Below are positions 14,501 through 26,800 of a stretch of DNA of 61,954 bases, one piece after another; the first letter of the stretch is position 1, and every line of letters starts with the position of its first letter. The notes beneath the pieces were generated by a model, which was given only the letters and a program-made list of their open reading frames with translations, was not told the DNA's origin and did no database searches. Source of the stretch: Paecilomyces variotii (taxonomy: Eukaryota); assembly GCA_004022145.1 (NCBI GenBank), contig RCNU01000029.1; one strand, 5' to 3'. The position numbers and the translations under genes were made by a program.

Positions 14501-17500
14501 CATATAAAAACCCATTAAGTTGCATAATTCTTCCGCTAATTTTAATTAATTAACCCAGAGAATAAATCTATTAATATAGATACCAATATCCCGCTAAACT
14601 TCTCTAAGAATTTATTAGCTAAGGGGGGCAAATTAGTATCTTATATTATTACCTAGTTAACTTCTATTACTGCATTAATTAATTAATATTTACTATTTTT
14701 TTATATAAGAAACTATAGGTTCTTATAGGGCCCCTAACTTTATTTAAGAATTCTAGCCTTTATTCTTTTTTTTACTATTACTTATACTATACTATAAAAT
14801 ACCTTTAATATTAAAAAGCTTTTTACCTACTATAATTTATACTATATAATTTAGATAATAACTAGAGGTGCAACTTCTAAGCGTATTTATCTAATCTTTT
14901 TAAAAATCTATATAAGAGCGGCTTTTTTTAGCAAAAAGCACTTTTATTAATAATTTTTTCTTTTTTAGCTATAAGTCTTCCCCTATAATAAGATTTTTTA
15001 AGTATTCTAGGGTTAGCCTTATTTCTCTCTTTATATCTAATATTTTTGGCTAAATATAATTGGCAAATTCTCCCTATATCTCTTTTATACTCCCTTAAAA
15101 ATTTATATAATAATGCTCCTAGATAATCTCTTTTTACCCTAATAATCCTCCTAACACTATTATAAGTCTATTTGCTATATTTACTAAATAAACTTTCTTA
15201 TACTTTTTTTATACTAGGTATTAATAGCATACTTTATTCTTATAATAAAAAGATCGCATCTTTTAGATAGCCTATATTTTTATAAATTTCCCTTTTCTTC
15301 TTATAATTTAGTAGGTTTAAATACCCCTATACCTTTACTTTTAATTCTCCTGCTTAATTTAAGATTAATATTATTTATTAAATATACTTTCTATAAGTCT
15401 TCTCCCTTTTTAATCTAATATCTATTATTCCTTCCTAACTTTAATTTAATAACTCTTGCGCTTTTAATAAAAGGTCTTATAATACTTCTTCTCTTAACTT
15501 ATTTCTTAGATTATTTATTAAGAATACCTAAATAATAGCTTAATTCTTTCGGTTTATAAAATAAATTATATTCTTTACTATTTTATCTAATAGAGTAATA
15601 TATTATAAATATACTTAATATTTAAAAGGCTGTCCTAGAATATAATTATAATTAATCTTATTATTTATTATAAAAAAGAGAACTTTATAATAAAAAGATC
15701 TTACCTATATAAGTACCTTTTTATAAAGTTTTATAAAAGAGGTCTAGCTACTATTTGCTAATATTATATTATCTCTAAATTTCTGGCTTATAATAAGTTT
15801 GTAATAATTCGCTATATCTCTATATATTATATTAATTTCGGCTCTACTATTTACTATAATATTTTATACCTCCTTATAATTATTAATTCTAATTAATAAC
15901 TTTAAAGTTATAGCTATATATAGCACCTTATTTTTATTAAAAGGCTTAAGTTATAAAAATATATAAATGCACTAATCCGCACTATTTACTATATACTCTA
16001 TATTTAATACTAAAGCATTAAACTATACTCCTTTAGTGTTATAAAATACTACCTTAGTTATTACCTGCTAAGGTTGCGAGGTAAATAAGGCTTTATATAG
16101 ATTAAGAGATAGACTAATAAGGTCCTAGATTGATATCTGGACTCTAGTATTTAATATCTAAGTTATAACCGATATTATATTAGTAGTCCCCTTTAGCTTA
16201 TTTATAACTTTAAACTTCTTTAACTTCGGTCTCTCTTTTATTTTAATAACCTTTTTATTTTTACTCTACTTAGGTGTATTCTTTATTTCTTTTTTAATTA
16301 CTCTTACTTTCTTAGGCGTATTTAGAGGCTAATAATTGCTAAATTAGTTTATTTTAATTAAGGGAAATTTTTACTCCTATTTAATTACTTTTTATAATTT
16401 TTTTTATATAATCTTTTAATCCTATTTTACCTTTTTTTTACTCCTTAAGGCTTATCTAATCTTACTATATTAATAGAATAATAATTTTCTATAATATCTC
16501 TAGCTTCTTTTTTAGAGCTTAAATTATCTCTAGGCTGTCCTAATATAATTAACTAGATATTATATCTGATTAAGCTAATATTTTTTTACTCTTCCTTTAG
16601 TCTTTACTTAACAATCTCCTTTTATAATATATTTCCCTATATAAGATAAATAACTTCTCTATTCTATCCTTTTAGCCTAAAATAAAATTTATAATTTTCT
16701 TTCTAATAAATAAGCTTCTAATTTAAGAGGCTTTTTAAATCTAGGTAATAAAATTAAATATAATCTAGAGCTTAGCAGAAATTATATAAGTTTAAAAGTA
16801 TTTTAAATCCTTTAGCCGGGTTAAATCCTAAAGGCGCCTTAGCTTATATATTTATGCCAGCATTAAGTATGCTACTATTAAGCCTCCTTATATATTGTAT
16901 ACTATATAGTTTTAATTTTTTAAACTCTTTTTTTATTAATTAATTAATCTATAACTGCTTTATTAATTTTATTTCTATATTTTATTATTTAGTTCTATTT
17001 TTACTCTTATTAAAGTAAGTTCTATTAAGTTTAATAAGAAGTTATATATTATCTTTTTTAGTTACTTTCTCCTTTATTAAGGCCGCTATATCTTAATCTT
17101 TCTCTAGTTTATTACTATTAAGGTAGTAAAAGGTTTAATAGTTTTTACCTTATCTACTATCTCCTTGCAGAAACTAATATATTTAATAATAAATAAAATA
17201 TAATAATTTATATTTAACTCCTAAACTACCTGCTGCTTAAGCTCCTTTAAAAATTCTTAAAAATACTAAACTCCTTATAAATATTAACTTAACTTACTTA
17301 AAGTTACTAGCGCTTTTAATATAGCTTAATATTCTTAATTATACTCCTTTAGGTCCTTAGAGCTATTATATTTTATATTTTTAAACTTTTTTAGCTATTA
17401 GACATTATATTTCTTTTAATACTTATTATAATAAGTATATTTTTATTTAGTCGCTTTTGCTAGTTTTAGATAGTTCTTCTCCTTATATTTAGGTTAAATA

Positions 17501-18536
17501 TTTATTTATAATAATATAAATAGGTTATAATAATCTATAAATTATTTAGTTTTTTCCTCTTTTAAAAGTTAATTCGCCTTATATAGCCTCTTAAAAAGCC
17601 CTAGGTAATAAATAATATTATTCTCTTTAAAGTATAATATCTTTAGATTTTTAGGCATTAGTATTTATAGAGCTAATATAACTTAAATTAGTTGCGCTAT
17701 TAATAGTCCTGTATTCTTAAATACCTAAACTATTTATACCTCTAGACCTAGCAATATTAAAAAGCTAAAAGTCCTTTTATTTTAGCTAATGCTAAAAAGA
17801 TTAGTACTTTTTTCTATATTTTTTTAAAGAAATAGTAATAAAGATAATAATAAGAAATTCTTTTACTTTTTAATAAATAGTTTTTGCTTAATAATTTCTT
17901 ATTCTTTCTAAACTTTTACTTTCCTTTTATACTTATTAAGCTTTTCCTTATATTTAGCAGTTCTTCCTTTCTTTTATTATTAGTATATGTTTTTACCCTA
18001 TATTATATTTTCTGTCTTTACTAATCTAAGAGGTATATTTATCTTTTTTTATTTATAGTAGTAATCTCCCTTAGCTATTTTACTTATCTTTTTACTATTT
18101 TTTACCCCTTTCTTTAGCTTTAGCCTCAATCTTAGCTTTTAGTTCTCCTTTTCCCTTATTTCCGCTTAATATTTTAATATCCCCTGCATTTAGCTTTAAT
18201 TTATTATAAGATAAAATATTAAGACTTAGCAGTAAGTCTTAGAGCATAAAAATATAAAAGAAAAGAAGGAGAGCTTAGTTCTTTGGGGTTTAAAATAGAG
18301 CTAGAAGAGAAGCTCTAACAGTAAAATAATATAATAAGTAGGAACTACCTTAATACTAAACTAGTACTGAATAATAACTAAGGGGGGAATTTTTTATTTT
18401 ATTCTATATTAACCGATTCTCTCCTCCCCTTAGCCTTGCTAGAAGTATTTAAGCTACCTCTTCTAATAATAGCATATAACTTGCTGATTTAATTATATCT
18501 TCGGATCCTCCCTAACTACTGTTTCCCCCCACTATA
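11510..18536 (-). mobile_element. Ty3/Gypsy LTR retrotransposon G2, RIPed; 5' LTR 18202-18536, 3' LTR reduced to 11510-11581
   Basis: Direct repeat tattata(g/a)gataa...gaaggagag at 11510 and 18202. ctat duplicated at 11506-11509 and 18537-18540. Minus strand de-RIPs to RT VFLDD (~14370), RNase H DAS and HPA.YES (~13800-13890) and integrase AYNPQANG.VE (~12700), in gag-PR-RT-RH-IN order. Confidence 0.85.
18202..18536 (-). repeat. 5' LTR of Gypsy G2 (335 bp)
   Basis: First ~72 bp match 11510-11581. Ends ta...ta, consistent with RIPed TG...CA. Confidence 0.8.
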
Positions 18537-18868
18537 CTATTATAGATAATATAAATACTAAGAATTTTCTTTATTTCTCCTAGGTTTTTAATCTTATAAA
18601 CTGTTCTAAACTATTATTTAAACTAATTAATATTACTTATTTAGTGCTAACTAGAATATTATCGATATATATTAGGATTAAAATCCCCTTTTCTAGATAT
18701 TATAGGAGGCATAAATCTATATTAGTTTATATAAAACCTATTTTTTAAAGTATTTTAATATAGGTCTAATTCTAGTCCCGCGCTATTTACTTTAGACTAT
18801 ATAAAGATTTAAGGACTTTAAACACTATTTCTAGTAGAATTTCTATTTTAGGGGGAGTTACTATATAA

Positions 18869-19006
18869 TTTTGGTGCCCCTAGGGGCTCTAGCAGTAGTC
18901 GCCTGCGCCAGCAGCCAGCTTAGTCAGCAGAGTAGTGGCCAGATAGATCAGTTTAGCTTAGCCTCTAGATAAATTTCTTAATTAAGCATCTTTATCAGCT
19001 TTAAGA
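18869..19006 (+). repeat. 5' LTR of Copia A1
   Basis: Direct repeat of 23712-23849, 36700-36836 and 41552-41688. Confidence 0.9.
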
Positions 19007-19018
19007 GGTTATAAGCCC
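19007..19018 (+). promoter_or_regulatory. Primer-binding site GGTTAT(G>A)AGCCC, half-tRNAiMet type
   Basis: ggttataagccc directly follows the LTR and matches the Ty5-type PBS complementary to the initiator tRNA-Met anticodon arm. RIPed versions follow the A2 and B-family 5' LTRs. Confidence 0.75.
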
Positions 19019-19158
19019 AGCTTAGCCTTATTACTATTTTAAATAGATAAGCCAGATATCTTAAAGCTTTAATTTAATTAAAAGCTTTAATTAAACGATA
19101 TTTAAAACAAGAAGTTAAACTAATAGATCTTTACCTCTAATTAGAATAACCCTTTAAG

Positions 19159-22100
19159 ATGGCAATATTATTAACTAAGTTAACCCCTTAACTAGCCCTA
19201 ATAATCGCGATCTATCAGGGATTAAAGCTATTAAAGACCCTATAGGATAAGATACCTATAATAGCTAAATCACTAATTAATAACAGTAACTATAATAACT
19301 AGCTTTAATTAATAAAAGAAGTTCTTAGAACTATAGACTATAAGAACCTAATTAATATATTAATTAGGAGATTTATATTTTATAACAGAGCTAAGATCTA
19401 TAAGAGATAGAGGAAGCTTAGCTTAATAATAAAGAGTTAAATTAGTAATTAGATTAACTATAAGCTAATTAAAACTATCAGAATTATACTTAATAAGCTA
19501 ATTTATATAGATAAATATATTAAAGTAATTAAGGTTATTAACTATAGCTTAGCTTAAGGCAAACTATTTATATTCTAATAAGCTGTTACTATAACTAGAT
19601 CTTAATATAGAATAATTAAATAATATATATAGAATTTAGAGATTATATAATAAAATTAAATAATATAGGCTTAATTCTCTCGCCCTTTAGTGCAGCAATA
19701 CTAATGCTTTAAATAGCTTAAATCCGAATTATTAGTATAGACTAACTCTTACTATATCTAGTAGTCTAAGTAAATTAAGCCCCTAATAAATATAATAATA
19801 GAGGAATTCTAGCAACTTAGCTTTAAAGCTATTAATTAAGCTAGATCTTATAAGAGTATTTAAGCAGTTTTAGCTATATTTATAAATAAGGCTCTAGCTT
19901 AGGAGACTTAGCAATTTAATAGACTATTAAAGGGCCCGCTATTAAGCAAAGATCTTCTAAATTTTGCTTATAAGATATATAAAAAGAAATTATATTTTAA
20001 AGGCAAATGCGGATATTATTATATATTTAAATATAATTCTATAGATTGCTATTGCCTTAAGGAAGAAGTCTTTAACTAATAGCGCCTACTAAAAGGCGTC
20101 TAGACTTTATTAAATTAAAAGAAAATTAACTCTAGTCTATAAAAATAAGATAAAAAGAAGAAGGATTTTAATAGCTTTATAGGTATAGCAGTCTTAGTAA
20201 TATTTATTCTATTTATTAGTTAAATAGCAGATTTAGAAGTATATAAGAATATATATAATAATAAGTCCCAGTTTATTAAGTATAGAGACTTTACTAATAA
20301 TAAAAAGTAATAATATAAATATAATTATATAAATAATATTCTAAATAAAAATAAAGGTAAAAGTATTATTAGACTAAACCTAGAGCTTAATAATAGTTAT
20401 ATAAATAATATCTTTATTTATACTCTATATATATTAAAATAGAAATATTATCTATTTTTTATAATCTAAAATAAAATGCTATATAAAATATAGTATAATT
20501 CCTAAAATAATAGACTAATAAATATAAATATTAATTAGATTATTAGATATATATATAAAAATAAAGATATTCTATAGCTTAAGCTTTATAGGCGAATTAC
20601 TGTATTAATAATATTATTAAAACTCTTATATAAGAAAATAGGATATATTAGTATTATAAAGCTTAAAGCTATTATTAAATTAAACCCTATAGTTATTTAA
20701 TTTATTAAGGATATTAACTTTTATTATAAAGTATATTATATAATAAAGGTAAAGTAATTAGTATTTAAAGATTTTTAGTTCTGCGCATTATAATTAGCAG
20801 AATGCTTTTATATAAATACTTAGCCTATAAAGCTATTAAGAGTTTAAAAATATATTAATTATCTTATTATTATAGATAGTATTATAAGAACTTAATTTAT
20901 CTATATATTAAAATTAAAAGATAAAGCTTTAAAATATATAATCTCTTTTACTAAAGAGATTAAGAATATCTTATTAATAGGATACTATTCTTAATATTAG
21001 AGAATTAATAGTGGGAGAGAATTTCTAAACTTTAAATCTTAGGCTAAAGCTAAAAGCTTAAAAGTTAAATTAATACCTCTATAAATCTTAGAGAATAATA
21101 GCATTTTAAAATATTATAAAAGATATCTTAATTTATTAGCCTATATAATAATAATAGCTTTAAGACTCTTAAAAAACTTCTAGTTATTTATAATTAAAAT
21201 TACTATTTATATTATAAATAAACTATTATAAAAAGATAAGATTAAATCTCTTATTATAAAATAAAGGAGATATTTTAATATATTAAATAAAAATCTCTTA
21301 CTAAAATACCTATAAGTCTAGGGCTATTAAGTATATCTCTATATATTTAAAGAAGATAGGAAGCAGGTATTTAAAATAATATTTTATGCCTAAATTAGTT
21401 ACTTAATTAAATATAAAGGAGATAATAGTTATATTTATAAAGTCTAGATCCTAGAAATAGATAAGATTAAATACTCTAAAGATATTATATTCTTTAAGAA
21501 TCTTAATAATTTATTAACCCCTATAACTATAAAAAATCCTATATTAAAGAGTCTAGTACTAAATATTAAAGGAGTAGAAATACTTATTTTTAAATAATAT
21601 ATTAAAAATTAACTATAAATAATTAACTTAATCTATTAAATAGTTAAAGATATTATTTAGTAATATATTAGAACTCTATTATTTATACCCTAAATTAAAC
21701 AGTAAATATTACAGTAATTATTAGAAATATAATAAAATATAGATATTATTTAATTTGTTATAAATAACCTAAATGCTTAAATAAATAAGCTAGTTAACTA
21801 AACATTACCTAAAGATATCTTAATATCTCCAGATCTACTGCAAGAAGAATTTTATAATATTAGCCTTATAGAGTATAAAAATATTAATAATATTAATCTA
21901 ATTAGCCTATAACTTGCAGAAGAATTAATAAAAGAGATAATATACTTAATATAAGATAGGAAGCTAGTTTCTTAGTTAAGAGATAAGCAAGCTTATAATA
22001 TTTAAATAGCTTAAATAAAGAAAGCTATAAAGGCCTAAAAGAATAAATAATATAATATTTTAGCTCTAATACTATAATCTATATAAGCTTATTAAATTAA

Positions 22101-23660
22101 AATCCCTTATACTTATAAATAAGCAGTTAAATCTATATAGGCTAAGAATTAGTAATAAATTATAGAGATTTAAATATAGAAGCTTAAAATTAAGCAGATC
22201 TAGTTATTAATTCCTTATCTTAATAATAAGGATATTAAAATTCTTTTAGGTAAATAAATATATAATATTAAGACTAATACTAATAGCTTCCTAAAGGAAT
22301 ATAGAGCTAGATAAATAATTTATAATAATTTTTAATAGATTATTAGATATAAATAATACTATAGCCTAGTAATAAGCAAAACAGTTATTAAACTATTTCT
22401 AACCTTTATTACTATATAGGTTATATTAGATTTAATATAATATTATTATAGTTTATTTAAATATTTTATTAAATAATAAGTAAATCTATATATAATAGCT
22501 AATAGGATTTACTATAGAGGGATATTAAATCTGTCTACTTTACTATACCCTATATAGACTAAGAGAATTTACTAACCTATAGAATATAACACTTATAGAT
22601 AAACTTTATAAGATTTATACTATTAAAAGAAGACCCCTATATCCTTATATTAAATAGGAAATAGTATATTATTATTTATATTAATAATATACTTATAGTA
22701 ATACTTATAAAGGAAGATATTAATATCTTTATTATAACTTTAAGCAATTGCTTTAATATAAAGATCCTTAATAAACTCTCTAACTTTTTAGGTTATAAGC
22801 TAGATAAAGATTAAATTTAGGGAATAATTATTATAAGCTAAGTAAACTATATATTAGCTATTTTAGCTAACTTTAGCTTTTATAATAATAAACTAATAAG
22901 AATTTAAGTCCTTATAATATTTACATATAGATTAAAGACTTTAGAAGAACTAGCTAATAAGAATATTAAAATTAAATATTAAATCCTTATTAAAAAGTTA
23001 AGCTAGTTAGTAATTAAAATATAGCTAGACTTAGCCTAAGCTATAAATTATTTATAATAAAAGGTAAATAATTTAGATAATAAAGATATTAAAGCAGTAA
23101 AATATCTATTATAATATATTTATTAAGCTCCTAATTATAGTATTAAACTAGAAGCAGATCCTAATAAAGATATTAAAGTTTATATAGATATTAGTTATTA
23201 AAATAACCCTAATAGGACTTTAACTAAAGCATTTATAATCTTATATAAAAGTATATTTATTAACTAGTCTAATAAAAAATAATAAATAGTAGTTTTATTA
23301 ATAATAATTGCCGAATTTTGTGTATTAGATTCCGCGGTAAAAAAAGCTATATTTATAAGAAAACTAGCCTATACCCTAGGTTTTAAACAGGATCTAGAGA
23401 TCTCTATATCTGTCTAGACTAATGTAGCAAATACCGCGATCTTAATTAAAAATAGGGGTTATAAACCTATTACTAAATAGCTAAATAATTATTATTTTTT
23501 TATTTAAACTATAGCAGCTAATAATATAATTAAACTGCAGAAGATTAATAGCAAAATAAATCTAGCAGATAGCCTAATAAAGCTGCTAGACTAGGTTAAA
23601 TTTAATAAGTTTTAGAAGCTTATAAAATTAAAGAAACTAGATGCTAAAGTAATTAAATAA
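19159..23660 (+). pseudogene. gag-pol polyprotein pseudogene of Copia A1 (boundaries approximate)
   Basis: ATG at 19159. CX2CX4HX4C-like knuckle near 20008-20050. IN, RT and RNase H motifs present. Many RIP stop codons. Confidence 0.75.
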
Positions 23661-23711
23661 ATTACCCAATTAGGTAACTGAACCTATCTGCCGGTATAGT
23701 TAAAGGGGGTG

Positions 23712-23849
23712 TTTTAGTGCCCCTAGGGGCTCTAGCAGTGGTCGCCCGCGCCAGCAGCTAGCTTAGTTAGTAAAGTAGTGGCCAGATAGATCAGTTCAGC
23801 TCAGCCCCTAGATAGATTCCTTAATCAAGCATCTTCGTCAGCTCTAAGA
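23712..23849 (+). repeat. 3' LTR of Copia A1
   Basis: Direct repeat of 18869-19006, preceded by the PPT plus tg. Confidence 0.9.
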
Positions 23850-26800
23850 CTATATATCTCCTCCTTTAATATTAATTTAATAAAGACATTATTAATATTT
23901 ATAGTATAATACTTATAGTCCTTTATAGCTATAATAACTATAAAAACCCTTAATATATTATAATAAAGAATAGGGGCGAAGGTATACTTAAAATTAATAC
24001 TATATTTTTAGGAAAATCTATAAATAATAAGATATATTTTAAGCTTTTAAACGGAGCTATCTAAGTTATATTTAGTAATAAATACCTATTAGCTTATTAT
24101 AATATTAGTTCTAGATAGTAGAGTAATTATTTTAAAAATATTATTTGCCCAGAGTATATTAGTTTTAGATTTAAAAGTATTCTTCTATAATTTACCCTAT
24201 ATAGGGTTATTAATTATAGTGTAATATAAGGCTAAAATTAGGATTTACTCCCTAGTTATATACGCGGCTATTATAATATTAAATATTAATTCTATATACT
24301 TCTCCTAATTATTAGAGGTCCTGGGGAAGACTTTTATAAGATTCTCTCTCCTCTCTTCCTATATTAATTCTTAAGGATAATAGGTCTAGTGTAAATATAG
24401 TTTTATAAAATTTTATATTCTACTTTTTTTAATAGTTTATATTTTTCCCTCTTTTGTTTTATTATTAAGAGTATCTCTATATAAAATAGTTCTTATTTAT
24501 TTAGTTTAGATAGGGGTTCTATTAAAACCTTATATATATCCTAGGGATTAATAGTTTTAGGGAAAGTTTCCTTAAAGTTACTAGTCTCCTTCTAATTATT
24601 AATATTATCCTCTGTTTCTTTTAAATATTTATTAGACCTTATTATTAGTTTAAATAGAATATTTAGTTAAGAAGTTAATTCTCCTTTTAAATTTCTTATT
24701 GGTGCCGCATTTAGCGCTAATTTCTAGAGAATCTTAAGGTTTAGGTTTTCTCCTAGTTGTTCCTTAAAGAATTTGGCTTAATAAGTCTTAATAGTCTTTT
24801 TTATATTTAATACCTAAATTCTCTATTACTTATTTATCCCTTCTATATATTTAATAAAATATAGATTCTATCCTAGTTTATTAGCTTATTTCTCCTTATA
24901 TCTTATAGTAGTAACTTTAGGTCTATATATAATACTACTTAATATCTCTATATTTTAAAATAGTTAATTAATAGCTTAACTCTAGTAATAGCTTTTTCTA
25001 GAATTATTTAAATTCTATTAATTATTAGTTTGTTCAATATTTTATTTCTAATATATATATTAGTCTTTACTATTTTTACCTATAGTTTAACCTAAATATT
25101 TAAATCTTTAAGTAGGGCTTTTATTCCTTTTTTAATAGTCTAATATACTTACTTAATAACTTTATTTTAAATTAATATATATATAATTATTAGTTTATAA
25201 TAAATACCAAATTCTTTTTTTTAGGCCTTAAAAATATTCTTAAGCTCTGATGTATTATCTAATTATATACTAAGTATTTTAAGGCCTATAATTATCGTTA
25301 CTTCCCTTTTCTATTAGTTTAAAATAGGGGTAGTATTAGATTTAGCTCTTATTAGAAATACCTATGTTTTTCTTAAATAGTTGTCTATTATTGTTAAAAA
25401 ATAGATATATCTATTTTTAAACTAGTATTTAATTATATATATTAATATAAATAAGTTCTAAAATACCTTTCTTTTACTTATTATATTCTATTTATTTCTA
25501 ATATTAATTATAATATATATTATATACTAGTAGTTAGTAATTATCTTAATAGGTTTCTTTAATATAGTTAGTTTATATAAATCCCTAATCTTTTTAAGTC
25601 TAAGATAACTAATCCTTTTATATTATAGTTAATACTTTTTCTAAATTTTATAACTTTAGGAATTTTTATAAAAGGCTTTTATAGGTTCTTCTATCTTCTC
25701 TTAAGAAATAATTATAGTATTAATAATATAGTTATTAGTTAGTAATACTATTATTATATATAGTAATTTTAGTATTAAATCTGGGTAGACCTTTTTAATA
25801 ATATAAATTTTATACTTAATAACTCTTTAAATTATTATATTATTTAACTTATCTAATATAGATATTAATTTAGTATTAAGATATTTATATAAGTTTATTT
25901 ACTAGTAAAGTACTTTAGTTAATAAGAGATTTGCCCTAAGGTTTAGTATAAGTAATATATTCTCTAAGTATATAACCTCCCTATTCTTATTCTGTAAAGT
26001 AGCCGTGCCTATATATTCTAAATATAGAATTTCTTCTCCTATTTAAATATATTCCTTTTAAATTTTAATTAATAATCCTCTAAAATAATATATTTTATTA
26101 GTTATATAAGAATTAGTACTACTATTTATATATTATTATTATAAATTCTTACTAGTAATATTATTTAAAAGATAAGTAATCTTATATAAGATTTAGTTAT
26201 TAAAGGTAACTAGAGTTATTAATCTTAATTAAGATTAAATAGTTTTAGTATTTAAGATTTCCTTTATTTAGTAAGCCTTGTGCTTCCTATTTTATAATTT
26301 CTTACTTTTTATTAATTAAATCTCTTTATAGAGTTTAGAGATTATATTTATTATTTTCTTATATAGATAAGCTATTAGTAGTCCTTTTAAAAGACTTCTT
26401 TTATTATTTTTTAATATCTCTTATAGCCTTTTAAATAATAAGTAAATATAGATAATTCTTAATATAATATTCCTTCTTATAGTTATAATATTTAATAATA
26501 TTATATCTATTTATTCTTTAAAAAGAATATAATAATTGGTTTAGCCTAGAGTTAGGCTTCTCTTTCCTCCAAGATAGTTAGAATATTGTCTATTTCTAGG
26601 TTTTTTTAAGTATTAATAATGGCCTTAATTGTAATATACTTTTTGGGTAATATTAAGAATAATTATTATATTTTAGCCTTTAGTTTAGTTAAAAAAGATA
26701 TTATTTTATTAGATATAGTAATTCTCTTTCCTATTTATTATAATTGCCTCTAAGTATTTATAATTATTTATTCTAGAGTTATCTAGAAGTATATAGAGGC

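Larger units (their letters stand above)
18869..23849 (+). mobile_element. Ty1/Copia family A, copy A1, full length (~4.98 kb), RIPed
   Basis: 138-bp LTRs at 18869-19006 and 23712-23849. PBS at 19007, PPT aaaggggg at 23702-23709. Integrase DSGREF (~21007), RT YVDDIL (~22678), RNase H STTIAEFCAL (~23300) and NPADGLTKPL (~23560), in copia order. Confidence 0.92.
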
